DNA of 64,000 nt from Octopus sinensis. Taxonomy: Eukaryota. The translations under genes were made by a program, and so were the position numbers. Numbering within the stretch: position 1 is the stretch's first letter; each line of letters begins with the position of its first letter. Below the pieces are notes generated by a model that was not told where the DNA came from, searched no databases, and saw nothing but the letters and a program-made list of their open reading frames with translations. The stretch covers positions 21,080,001-21,144,000 of the forward strand of contig NC_043014.1 in NCBI RefSeq assembly GCF_006345805.1, written 5' to 3'. Positions 12,017 through 25,005 of this stretch are shown here, one piece after another.

Positions 12017-12844
12017 ATGTTTAATTGTATGTATGTGTGTACGTGTGTCTACGCGAGTAAGTGGAGAAACGAAAGTGTCTCTCAAAATTTGGTAGGTGTT
12101 ACATAAATTTTTGAATAACATATTGATTCAGTTCTATATGGCTTAAAGTCCCAAGGGAAGCCTTTGGCTTTCCCTTCCAAAAGGGATTTTCACTGCAGTA
12201 CTTTACATGGTACTCGGCTTCAGGTGCTTCCAGATTAATGGTGCGAGAAAAGAATTTGTTCACGTTCTCCCAAAAGTTTATAAATTCTTATGATGTCAAT
12301 TAATGTGTGTGTGTGTGTGTGTATGTGCGTGTGTGTGTGTGTGTGTATGTGTGCGTGTGTGTGAGTGTGTGCGAACGTGCGTGCGTGCGTGTGCTGTGAC
12401 TAATAAATTAATAAATTTATGACTTAATAGCTGAGAAAACATCTACGAAATTTTGAGGTGAAAAACTTACGTTAACGCGTAGTCCATATTTGAAATTGCG
12501 GCGAATACAATGATAATTTCAAAGTTTGTTGATTTTATTTTCATTCTGAAATATTCTTTCCATTGAATTGTTAATTTCCTACGCCTATATCAGACATGTT
12601 TTATGATGATTTATGTGTTGTTCAAATAATAATTGGCGTACCTAAGGCTATGCAGTGACCCAATAGCTATGCCGTTGCGTTCCTTGTCTATTGTTGAATT
12701 AAGAATAGGAAATAAGGTCTTGCTGTCATATTCGTTCGGAAGGCAGAAATGCTTATTCTTGTTCTTATAAAAGTAGTTGCAAATGCTCATTTCCACATTG
12801 CTTCTCTTCTAGCTTTGTTGTTGTTTTCTTGTGGTTGCTGCTGC

Positions 12845-12964
12845 TGCGGTTGATGATGATGATAATGATGGTGATAATGATGATGATGATGACGACTACG
12901 ACGATCACGACGACGATGACAACGACGACGGCAGCGGCGACAACGACAACGATACGACGACGAC

Positions 12965-12997
<33 letters not shown>

Positions 12998-13100
12998 CAA
13001 TATCACCATCATCATCATCATTGTCACCATCATTGCAAATCATCGTCATCACCATCAACATCATCATCATCAACAACAACGTCATCATCATTATTATCAT
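12845..13100. repeat. Compound (GAT)/(GAC)/(CAT)/(CAA) trinucleotide tract
   Basis: Direct reading. It accounts for the poly-D/M/H ORFs in the track. Confidence 0.9.
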
Positions 13101-13480
13101 CTTGATTGCCATGTCCACGTTAACTCGCTAATGTCTGACACCATATGCCGTTGCTGGTGTTGAAGTGGCTTTCTGGGTTTAGGGGTGGTGTGTTGCCTGG
13201 TTGGTTGTATGTTGGGTAATTGAGAAGGTTTGGTGAAGAGATAGTCGTGAAGATGAGTGGTATTTGAATAACGAACGTCAGATGCACATATGTGCACCTT
13301 CACAATTACCACATGTGCATATGCAACCCGGCTTAAGGGTAAACACGTTAATATGCACATACAAAACACACACAATTATATATACAGCCAAAGAGAAGTA
13401 GGGAAGAGAAAAAGATGGCGATAGATAGATAGATATATAGAGAGAGGGGGGATATAGCTGGCTCGGTAGCCGGTTATGTT

Positions 13481-13523
<43 letters not shown>

Positions 13524-14178
13524 ATGTATATGTAAAGAAACAGCGTACATAAACTTGTATGTTTGTATATGTCTATTTAAGCTTACAACGTATGTGTGTG
13601 TGTACGCGTCTGTATTTAAGCAATGTATACATGACATATGCACACACCACACACACACACACACACACAAACACTCTCACACATGCACACAAACGCATAC
13701 TTATATATCAGTTTAATAACCAGGTCTCCTGTGCTTGAGGTCCTTTAATGTCCATCTTGTCGAATGTTAATGTAGCAATTAGATGCCTGATACTTAGGGG
13801 AAAAGAGAGAGAATGACAATGAGATAGAGTGACTGAAACAGAGAGAGAAAGAGAGAGATAACAGAGATACTTGACAGATATAGATGGATTACAGATAGCA
13901 ATAGGGTTGACAGTGGTGGTGGTGTGAGGGTCAGTGTTTGGTACAACTCCAGTTGCAGAACAAAATCTCAAGAAGACATATTCATTAGGTGCCATGTCGA
14001 GGTGTTGAGGAGGAATTTCAGAAGAATACGGTTTAAATGACAAAATTGGTCGAGGGCGTTATGTGTATGCGCGTGTATGTATGTATGTAGGTGTGTATGT
14101 ATGTATGTATGTATGTGTGTATGTATGTATGTATGTGTGTATGCATGTATATGTGTGTGAGTGAATGTGTGACTGTGA

Positions 14179-14244
<66 letters not shown>

Positions 14245-15124
14245 CCATAATATGTATAACATATAATGCATCATCGTGTATGCGTGTTTGTAAACACACA
14301 CACACACACATACATATATGTATGTATGGATGTGGATGAGGGAGGGAGGGAGGGAGGGAGGGATGTACGTATGTATGTATATATGTATAAGTATGTATAC
14401 ATTCAAAAATATACACACACACATATACAGTCACGCACACACACACACACACGCATTGTTGGGTTTTCATTGGTCACACCCACATGACTCTTGTCAGCCT
14501 CATGGTGCTCGTTAAATTGATGAAAACTTGTATGTTTGACAATGTAAATGCAAAGAAGAACACTTTCAGCGCGGTCTTTATCAATTCATAACACCCGTAG
14601 GTCATTTCACTTCGGAAATCTATATTGGAGAGGGGGAGGAGATGACTGGAAGAGGGAGAGCAGAGCAGAGGAAGGTGAGGGGGGAAGACGAGGAGGAGGA
14701 GGAGGAGGAGGAAGAAGAAGAAGAAGAAAAAGATGATGATGAAGAGGACGTGGAGGAGGAGTATACGAAACGAGTGTCCATATTGTAAATTTTTGCTGAC
14801 ATGATAACAATATATAAATACATTGATATATACGCATATATCTATTTGTGTGTGTGTGTATATATAATATATATATATGTATGAATGTATGTGCGTGTAT
14901 GTATGCATATGCGTATGTTTATATATTCATATCTAAACACACACAAGCAAATTTATAGCCAGTATAGTCTAAAAATGCACACAAGCTCATATACAGATAC
15001 TCTCGCTTATATACATCCATCCATCCATCTAACCGCCCATCCATACATGCGTGCATACATACATACATCCATATATATACAAAGACAGACAAACCGATCG
15101 ATCGATATGTGTGTGTGTGTGTAT

Positions 15125-15161
<37 letters not shown>

Positions 15162-15162
15162 A

Positions 15163-15243
<81 letters not shown>
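15125..15243. repeat. (GACA)n-(GATA)n microsatellite
   Basis: Direct reading. Confidence 0.95.
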
Positions 15244-15921
15244 CATTTTTGAAACAGTGGGTGGATTAAATCGACGAAAAAAAGCAAGTGACGGGGAAGT
15301 AGAAGTGAATAGTGTTAATGCTAACGAGTCAGAAATACGTTCGTAAATGTTCGGGAAAGTACGGGGTTGGTAAGATAACAACAACAACAACGTCAGCAGC
15401 AGCAGCAACAAAATTAAATGAACCTGAATTAAGAATATGGACATATCACAGCAAAGAAGCGCAGTGGCAACTATAACGACAATAACAACACAGCAACAAC
15501 ACAACAGCTCTAGTCATTACCGCCATAACTACAGCGGAGACGACGACTGTAGTTGCGGTGTCGACGGTGGCAGCAACAGCAAACACTGACGACGATAGGA
15601 CATGGAAACAATGTAAACAGCATCGAAACGCCGCAAGGTCTCCGCTATTTAACGAACACTTTACCGGTAATAACTAAGAATTATCGTTATATAATATTCA
15701 TTAGGAAGACATTTCCGCATATAAAAGGCACTACAAGAGAACAAGACATAAACCATAAACATCCAGTTTATCAGTTTATACAATTGAAATAACAGTTTTC
15801 TCTCGCGTCAGCCATAATGTCGGACGAGTTACAAATACGCAAAGACAAATAGATTTAGAAGCAAGAGTTGTTTGCACAAATATGTATGTAAGTATGTTGT
15901 ATGTATGTATGTATGTATATT

Positions 15922-15959
15922 AAGGCACTAAAAGAGAATGACTCTCCCCAGACACACAG
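15922..15959. mobile_element. Terminal fragment of the hairpin MITE at 32469-32704
   Basis: taaggcactaaaagagaatgactctccccagacac is identical to the right arm of that MITE. Confidence 0.75.
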
Positions 15960-15981
15960 TATATATATATATATATATAAT

Positions 15982-16060
<79 letters not shown>

Positions 16061-16257
16061 TATTTATATTATATATATATATATATATATGCAGTATACT
16101 ACAGACATACATACAGACAAGACAGACAGATACAATAAATGAGGGTTAGAAAGTTTCTTCACACAGACATCGGCAAAAAATGGCTCATTCGTCAAAAGAA
16201 ATAGCATACTAATGAATCTTCGAGCATCTTGTGTATTTATTTATCTATCTCTATCTC

Positions 16258-16323
<66 letters not shown>

Positions 16324-16326
16324 CAT

Positions 16327-16391
<65 letters not shown>

Positions 16392-17149
16392 CATTTATCT
16401 ATCTATCTATCTATCTATCTATCATCACAATGGACGGACGCTAGTCATATCGGCTCCAAGTAAGTTGGCCACTTTTACATGTTTAAAACTCCTTGTTGTC
16501 AAATATTTTGTTTTAATCGTTGTGCAAATTCATTCACTAAAAAACCTGAGAATTATTCACGTAGAATTCCGCCCCTGTATGGGCGAAATTACAAAATAAC
16601 TTTCAAAACTTTCGTGGGTTTTTTAGCCATTTTTCATTTTGAAAATGGCAACTAGAAACCACGTGGCTAGCCCGCCAGTCATGCAGAACGGTAGCAAAAC
16701 ACTATTGCTACCACTAGCTGCTAAACATCGCAGCGTGAACACCGCTGTCACCACCATCCACCACCACCAACAACACAACAACAAATCTAACGTCGCATTC
16801 ACCATCGCCGCGACCAAAGACATTAACTTAGATTTCCCCTCACTCCCCACACCACTTTGATGATAAAGGGACAGAGAAAGGGATTTCAAAAATGAATACA
16901 AACGAAAACATGAATGCAGCAACACACCACCATCACCACCAACACAACAAAACGAAATTGGCACAAAGCCGCCTACCAAAGACAACACCGCCAACACCAC
17001 AACCACTACTACGACGTCAAATGCTACATCCAAGCCTTCTGCTGCTAATACCGCAACCCAACACCAAAACCACTACCATGACTTCAATTAACACTGCCAC
17101 AATTAACACTTCTACTGCCAAATTCAAAACGAATTTTGCGGACGTAACA

Positions 17150-18647
17150 AAACAAAAGAACAATTGTAACATTCACCACACAAGAGATAAACCGCACAAA
17201 GGCACTCTCTCTCCAAAGAAGGAGACAAATTGCACCTTCATATTCCACAACACATCGTGGAAAAACGCAAAAAAAAACAATAATTTATAAAGTAATAAAC
17301 AAAAAAACAAGAAGAACAGAAATGCACCGCAGAAAAATCGATAAATGCCTTCGTCCTGTATGGGACTCCAAGGAATATATCAGTTGGGGAAACAAATTTG
17401 GTACAGTCCAAGTACGTTTCCTCAACGAAAGTTTAGCAAAACGTTTTTCCACATGGAGCTACATTCGGACGACTTGGTAATGATACCAGTCTATTTAAAC
17501 AAAAGGGTCACGAAAGTCCAAATAAAAAACATACCATTTGATGTCGAAACACAATGGTGGTCTCTGCCATCTGCTTTGAAATGTCAGAGACAATGTCAGA
17601 GACAAACATCCTGGAAATCGCGGTTCTAGGAGAGAAAGACTATGTGGGCAAATCAATCGAATTCCTGCTTCAATTGGATGAAGCAGCAAGAGAGAAGATA
17701 CCCACCGCTATAGAACTGCCAGGAGGCTACAAACTCTATATAGTGGTAGAGGGCAGGCGACCACGCTGCTATTTGTGTGGAAGCGAAACACACTTGAAAA
17801 AGACGTGCCCAACCACTGCACACCAAGAGCAACAACAACAACAACCACTACCACAACCAAAGCACTCCGGAAAAAAAGCTCTACTACCCACACCACCATC
17901 AACACAGAAGACGACAAGAGAAGCACACCAAGCTAATCCGTCATCAACCAAAAACCACTCGACACCTGGAAAAATACCAACACTACCATCAACAGCAAAA
18001 CCCAAAGGAACAGAAAAACAAAGAAAACACACACAAACTGATCCCCCATCCCTTATACCGCACTCAACACACACAAACACTCAACAACCAACAACAACGA
18101 AAACAACAACACAACCACTTACACAGACATACATAGAAGCCCACAACATACCCCTACCCCCTTCTGATTCCTCAGAAATTTCGTCGGAAGACGAAACCAG
18201 TGAGGAATGGCAAATAGCTACAAAAAGAAGGAAAATAAAGAGCAGAAACACAACCAAACCAAATGCAAACACGAACAAAGCAGGGGGAAATACATCTCCC
18301 GAAGACATTTCAAAACCAACGCAAACAACAGCCACACCAACACCACAAAAACATATACAGCAAACATGCTCACAGCCATAGACACCAAAAACACAAATTT
18401 GATGGAATACATCCAATCAAAAACAAACATAACAGAAGATGACATAAAAACAAACAACCACCCATACACAACACCACCAGACCACATCAAAATAATACAC
18501 ATCTCCAAAAGTCTGCACCACACACTCAAAGGCATTTTCCCCAGTGCGGTTGGTAAATGCCAAAATATCTCACAAAGAAACTGTACTGGGATCTTCTCGA
18601 GGACAAACCAACGGAGGAGAAAGCAAAAACTTTCGAGCAGTAAGTAA
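17150..18647 (+). pseudogene. Tx1-like ORF1 (frameshifted): RRM-like region, CCHC zinc knuckle, T/P/Q-rich linker, conserved C-terminal block
   Basis: RPRCYLCGSETHLKKTCP in ORF 17554..18381. The FGTVQVRF, LVMIPVYL, EWQ and IFPSAVG motifs recur in copy 2. Start position approximate. Confidence 0.75.
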
Positions 18648-18674
18648 CCCTCTGTATTCTAATTCATTAGAACT

Positions 18675-21600
18675 ATGATCAAGATTGGTTGTGTAAATGC
18701 GCGTGGCTTGGGGTCCCCTTGGAAACAAGGGTACCTCTTAAATGACATAAAGTCACATAAGTTAGAAATCATAGCCATAAGCGAGACCAGACTCCACAAT
18801 CCGCGGGCCCTAAAGACCATGTTTGGCGGACAGTTCAACATTTATTTTTCCCCCTGTCTGCCGAGAATGGGCGGTAGTGGCACCGCGGTACTTTTTCACA
18901 AGAGTCTGGATCTCAATGTAAGGACAATATTCGTAGACCCGGAGGGTAGACTGGTCGTCCTGGATGTCGACGGCAGCAATGGGTGCGCTTTTCGGCTCGT
19001 ATCAGTTTACGCACCGCCCTTAACAGGTCGGGCGGATTTCTTTCAACGTCTAGAAGTTTTCTTGGGAACGTCTCGTCCTTTACTCTTAGTGGGGGATTGG
19101 AATGCTACCTTGGACACGCATGTAGACTACGTGGGAGATAGGAATAGACGGGGATGCAAATGCCTCAGAGACCTGCTCAGACGCTTTCAACTGTCTGACA
19201 GGTTTCGACTAGACCACCCGAATGCGCCAACGTGGACATGGAGCAACCGCATCGGGTCGTCGAGATCGTATCTAGATAGGATACTGTGTAGGACAGTAGA
19301 TAGAGATAGCATAGGATGTCCACAATTCCACATAGTCAGCTACACGGATCACAAACTTGTGACATGTACGCTAGACTTAGGTAAGACACTTAGGCAGGGT
19401 CCCGGATACTGGAAACTAAACGCGTCTTTCCCATCGAGACAAGTTTTCAGAGACCGGATTAGCACACTAGTAAAGAGGGCTTTGACGGGAGCCATCATCA
19501 ACAACAAATGGTGGTTTGCCCTCAAGAGAGCAGTAAAAGCAGAAGCGATTAGGTACAGCAAAGCACTAGCCATAGATAGAAATAGAGTAGAGGGTGAGCT
19601 AGTTAAGAAGCTAGAAGAGGCAATTAGAAGCGGCATCGCATCCGACGTTTTGGCGGCGAGGTTGGCCCTCGACCAACACTTCAACGCCAAACACGAAGGA
19701 TGTGCTGTCAGAGCTAGGATGCGTGCTCTAAGGAACGAAGGTGTTGGAGCCGCGAGAGAGGCCCGGTGGCAGAGGCGCAACAGGGCAACAAAGCCACCAT
19801 TCGGTCACTGGTAGATGAACAGGGGCGCGAATTGCTCGAGCCAAGTAAAATGTGTGAGGCCTTTCAGCAGCATTTTGCCCGACTGTTCGGAACGAGTGGA
19901 GGGCAAGAACGTAGGGTGGACTTCAGTGCCTACCTACATAGCCTACCACGACTCTCGACAAGAAAGGCAGGGTGCTGCGAAGGTGCCATCACGGCGGCGG
20001 AAGTGCGGGAAGCGATGGCAGAATGCTCGAGGGACAAATCACCGGGTTTGGATGGTCTACCCTACGAGCTTTACAATTGTATGCCAGACTTGTTTGGAGA
20101 TCTCTTGGCGGCGGTGTACTGCAACTGGCAGCAAAACGGGAGCATTCCTGGTTTTGTGAGCCGAGGAGCCGTAACACTGCTGAAGAAAGATCTAAACAAG
20201 GGAAATGTAATAGATAACTTTAGGCCCATCACTCTGCTTAATGCAGACTTGAAAATTTTGGCCAAGGTGCTAGCCAAGAGGTTGGCGCTTGTCATCGAGA
20301 AACTGGTCGACAAGGCGCAAACATGCGCCGTGCCAGGCCGGACCATCCATGACAACCTCCATCTGATGCGCTACATCATAGACAGGGTAGTTAACGAACC
20401 TGGCATGGGTGGGGCCCTGATCAACTTGGATCAATCGAAAGCCTTTGATAGGGTAGACCATCGATACTTGGAGGCAGTCCTGAGAGCGGCTGGTTTCGGT
20501 CCCGTCTTCCGCGGCTGGATAGCTGCCTTGTACAGAGGCATCCGTTCGGTAATTCGCGTAAATGGACATCTATCGAGACCTTTCGACATTGCACGTTCGG
20601 TCCGTCAGGGATGCCCCCTCTCGGCGCTTCTATACGTATTGACTCTTGAGCCACTACTGCGGAAGCTGGCGACTCTAAGGGGCATCCCGCGAGAATTGGG
20701 ATGCGGGACGAGCGTGTCTGCATACGCGGACGACGTCACCGTCATAGTGTCTAGCCACGAGCACATCGAGCTGGTCGGCGAGACACTGAAAAACTACGAA
20801 GCGGTGACAGGAGCGAAAATCAACCGGGAAAAGTCAGTGGGCTTGCGACTAGGCACCTGGAGAAGCAAGCCCATGCCGTCCACCAGCGCCTCCGTCGTGG
20901 GACGCTGGACCGACGGCCCGGTTGAGTTGCTCGGGGTCTGGTTTGGTCCGGACCTCCAAGTGGAGAAGAACTGGAACGAGATAACGAGTAGGGTGGTCAC
21001 TCTCGCCCGGCAATGGGCCGAGAGGAAACTGTCCCTAAAAGGTCGAGCGGAGGTGGCGAACACGTACATCGCGTCCGTCATCTACTACCGCCTGACCGTC
21101 GTACCTTGTCCCGACCCTACCATCACCAAACTACAACGCATCCTCTTTCGCTTCTTGTGGAAAGGATGCGTCCCGATGGTCAGGCGATCCATTTGCTGTC
21201 AACACCCGTTAAAAGGAGGGCTGGGCATGCCGTGGTTGATGATGCGCAGACACGCGCTGAGACTGCGACATCTCTGGCTCTATGTAGACGACGGTGAACA
21301 GGTGTGGTCGCCGTTTGTGAGGCACGCTTTCCCGCAGCTCGTCTCCATGACCGAACTGCAGTCGTGGATCAAAAAGAGGCCGAGGAAGGGCGAATGGCAC
21401 CGCGAGTGTCGCGTTGCTCTCAAGCAACTCTGCCGTCCTGGGTCGACCTTAAGTGACTTCAACACAACCAAAGCATTCTATAGGGGTTTAGTGGAGGGGA
21501 GGTACGACGACGAGCTCGGGGCGAACCTGGACGTCGACGAGGAGTACCTGACCCGCCTGTTCGGGACGACTTTCGGGCCAGGGCCCATGGACAACTTCCA

Positions 21601-22107
21601 GAGATCCCTGGCCTGGCAGTGCTACCGAGAAGCGCTACCCGTTCGGGATAAGCTCTACAGACACGGCTCGAGAAACACGGGGCCGACCTGCCCGAGATGC
21701 GGTCAGAGCGACGAAACCGTTCTGCACGCACTCGTTCAGTGTCCAACAATTTCCGACCTGTGGGCTTATGTCGAACAACTGCTGTCACGTGTGGGACGAG
21801 TCGGTTTATCAGCTGAGTCTATCGTCAATATTGTCACGCCTCCTTCCTTCAAACGGGAAGGAAGAGCTATTTTCATCATCCTTGTGGCTATGGCGAAAGA
21901 ATGTATCTGGTGGACGCGTCTGAAAGGATTGGAGACAAACACTTTCCTCTCTGGTCAATCTCTCATCAACTTCTTCAAGTACCACTTGAAAAGGAAAGTG
22001 AGAGTAGAGAGGCAAGTTTTGTCTAGCGAATGTTTTAAAAAAGATGGGTGAATGTAGCAAGAATGGCACGTATGAATGACGAAGCCACCTTGAGCATAGT
22101 CCTATGA
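18675..22107 (+). pseudogene. Tx1-like ORF2 (AP endonuclease, reverse transcriptase, zinc-binding C-terminus), apparently disrupted by two 1-bp deletions
   Basis: ORF 18675..19814: NARGL, SETRL, VYAP, GDWN, SYLDR, TDHK. ORF 19766..22051: GLDG, FRPITLLNADLKILAK, LDQSKAFD, RQGCPLS, YADD, CPRCGQSDETVLHALVQC. Copy 2 places the frameshifts near 19765 and in the A run near 22040; the corrected stop ends at 22107. Confidence 0.93.
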
Positions 22108-22142
22108 ACCCAGAAATCGAAAACAGAGAGTTGCTTATTTGC

Positions 22143-22174
<32 letters not shown>

Positions 22175-22406
22175 AATGTGACTTCATTGACCGAGGTTAC
22201 CGTGGTCTTTTCCGCAGGCTTTTCTTTCCACGGGTAAACCTCACCTGTCCTCCCCTTTACACTTCATATTGACATTTCTGTGATAACGATCCCTATTGAT
22301 CATTTTTTTTTCCTCTCCCCTCCCCCCCTTTTTTTTTTTTTTTAACCCCCCCTTATTTTTGTCCTCTTTCTCTCCTCTTACGATCCCTTTTGATCGAACT
22401 CCCCCT

Positions 22407-22440
<34 letters not shown>

Positions 22441-22512
22441 CCTTCAAAAGAAAAGCTCTACCTTGTAATTTGTTCTATCTGTGTGCAGCCCTGTGTGGCT
22501 AATAAAGAAACA

Positions 22513-22568
<56 letters not shown>

Positions 22569-22591
22569 CATTTATCTATCTATCTATCCAT

Positions 22592-22647
<56 letters not shown>

Positions 22648-23023
22648 TTATCTATCTATCTATGTTTTTTTTTTGCTTTTTGTTACTTATTCTCTTTCTA
22701 TAAACCCATACATACACCCGTGCACTTGAGCGCCTTTATGATGGTGCATGTGTGTATATGGAAGGGGATGTGTATGTGTGCCTGTGTGTGACAGGGTGCA
22801 TATGTTGGTGTGTGTCATACTTTGAAGGTCACTGTCTGTCGTCGTTTATGTAATACCATCCAATAAAGGAAGTATGTTGCCAGTGCCTAACCTGGCACCG
22901 CCATAAACTTGTATATATACCTAGTGAAGGAAAAAGGTTTTAGGAATTGATGGTACACTGTGGTTTTAGGAACTCAGGGTTCAATTATATTGTCATTATT
23001 AATTTTTTTGTTTTTGTTTCTGA

Positions 23024-23185
23024 AGGTGGTGAGCAGGGTAGAATCGTTAGCACGCTGGACGCTACGTTCTGAATTAAAATTCCGCCGAGATCGATAAATT
23101 AAGCAAGAGGGAAACCTTGGGGTTGATGTAACCGACTAGTACCGTCCAACCCCAAATTTCAGGCCTTGTGCCTTTAGAAAGAATT
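23024..23185 (+). mobile_element. Degraded SINE family B, variant tail
   Basis: gaatcgttagcacgc..gttctgaattaaaattccgccgag..aaatttcaggccttgtgcc resembles 43690-43890. Confidence 0.65.
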
Positions 23186-23614
23186 ATTAATTTTTTTTTT
23201 GTTTATGGATGTGTGTGTGTGTGTGCGCGCGTGGGTGCGTGTGTGCGTGTGTGTGTGTGTGTATGCGTGTGTGTGTGCATAACCTATACAGTTCCTATAT
23301 AAACGGAGCTAATTAAGATGTTTCTCCATAAATTGAAAGAAATGATGAACAACCTTAATTGATTGTCGAATCTTATTGGATTCTCACCTGAGGCATCCGC
23401 ATCCATTTGACCAATCGCAGAGAAACAAGCAACCAATATATCAGTTCCTGACTATCCAAAGGACTATCCATTCTCTTCCGCAGTGTTTATATGCAATGTT
23501 GGCCCAACATAGAAAACCTGAAAAATCTATTTACGACTCTTCTGATAGAATGGTAATTTTTTTTTATTTGTTTAGTTTTCAGCTAAATATAAAAGTCAAA
23601 GCTATTATGTTATA

Positions 23615-24466
23615 CAGGGTGGTCCAAAAGTCACTGAGGGCTTTTAATTTTTAACAACTCCCTTATTTTTACAAATAAGTGTATGAAATTTGAATTCAAT
23701 ATAGAGAAGATAATGGAGATTAATTTGCTTTAGTCCTTTTTCATTATATCTCTAGATTACATATGAAAAATGACATCTTTTAAATGGCGTCCATTTTCAG
23801 CTTCACAAATTCGTGCCCTTTCCTAAATATGTTCCATGATAGATGTAAGGGTTTCAGGGTCCAGTTCCCTGACTTCCCCAGTGATATTCTCCTTCAATTG
23901 CTCCAGGGTTTCTGGTTTGTTAACATAAACCTTCTCCTTGAGGTACCACCACAAGAAGACATCAGGGAGGTCAAGTCTGGAAAACACGATGGCCAGTTGA
24001 CATCACAATAGCAAGAGATGATTCTGTCTCCAAAACATTGCCTCAGCAATTGTATTGTCTCTCTAGCAGTATGAGCAGTGGCTCGATCTTATTGGAACCA
24101 CATATCAGGCCTATTTCGAATGGCCGGCGCAAAAAGCTCTCGATTATAGCCCTGTACCGCTCACCGGTCACAGTGACAGCATTATTCTCATTGTCTCCAA
24201 AGAAATAAAGCCCGATTATCTCATCCACCGTAGTTGCACACCATACTGTACACTTTATGGCGTGCAATTCTCTTTGGTGCTCTCTGGGTTTGAATAATAA
24301 ACTCCCGATTTTGATAGAACAATTCCATGACTTGAGTACATTGTGCGGTGCCATGTTTTTCGATAATTAATTTCCAGTTCCTAGTCCATAAAATCCCTGA
24401 AAATAGAAGATAAAAGTAAAAAAATAAAATAATTATCAGAGTCTCTGTGACTTTTGGGATATTCTA
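23615..24466 (-). mobile_element. Internally deleted Tc1/mariner element, DD41D (rosa/Visitor-like), TA-flanked
   Basis: TIRs cagggtggtccaaaagtcactgag / ctctgtgacttttgggatattcta, with TA on both sides. Minus strand: VWCA..IIGLYFF..VTVTGERYR..WFQ*D-RATAHTA..WPSCFPDLTS(P)D, 41 residues between the last two Asp after correcting a 1-bp deletion. Confidence 0.8.
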
Positions 24467-24813
24467 TAGTATGTATTTACTTTAATAGTTTAACTTAGAT
24501 TTATTCTACTAAACGTTTTGAAGATACAAAAATAACATCTGAAGGTTTGGATGCTTCGGCACTAATATGAATTGAAAAAAAATATAACCAAAAGATTTCA
24601 AGGCATATGTATTTAAATAAGGAGTTTGTTTCCCAACTACATGGTTCCGGGTTCAATCCCACACTGCGCTGTGTACTACTTCTGGTAAGTATTTTCTACT
24701 ATATTACCGACCTAGTAGATATAGTCTTATGGGTGGATTTGGTATACGGAAACTGAAAGAAGCCCATCGGATATACGTATGTATGTATGTATGTATGTAT
24801 GTATGTATGTATG

Positions 24814-24844
<31 letters not shown>

Positions 24845-25005
24845 GAAAGCACTTCATCTTTATGTTTATGTTTGTCCCCTACCACAGCTTGACAACCGGT
24901 ATTGGTTTGTTTACGCCTCCGTAAACTAGCGGTTCGGCAAATAGGGACCGATAGGATATGTACCAGGTTTTAAAATATGCACTAGGTTGTTTTGTTTGAC
25001 TAAAT

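Larger units (their letters stand above)
16424..22512 (+). mobile_element. Full-length Tx1/L1-clade LINE, copy 1 (5' UTR, ORF1, ORF2, 3' UTR), flanked by (TATC)n
   Basis: ORF1 has a CCHC knuckle. ORF2 has APE, RT and a C-terminal Cys motif. The 3' end gccctgtgtggctaataaagaaa is at 22488-22510. (TATC)n arrays lie at about 16240-16423 and 22514-22662. Confidence 0.9.

Noticed and set aside
12765-13163. Poly-Asp/Met/His ORFs of 110-117 aa
   Set aside because: Trinucleotide microsatellite translation with no domain or splice support.
13708-14043. Minus-strand 111-aa ORF with protein-like ends
   Set aside because: It spans a (CT)/(GA) repeat, splice sites are weak and the peptides are unrecognised.
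19349-19780. Antisense and alternative-frame ORFs within Tx1 ORF2
   Set aside because: Expected shadows of a GC-richer coding region.
22143-22169. Poly(A) run as the LINE's 3' tail
   Set aside because: The 3' end shared with copy 2 lies further on at 22488-22510, so the run is internal to the 3' UTR.
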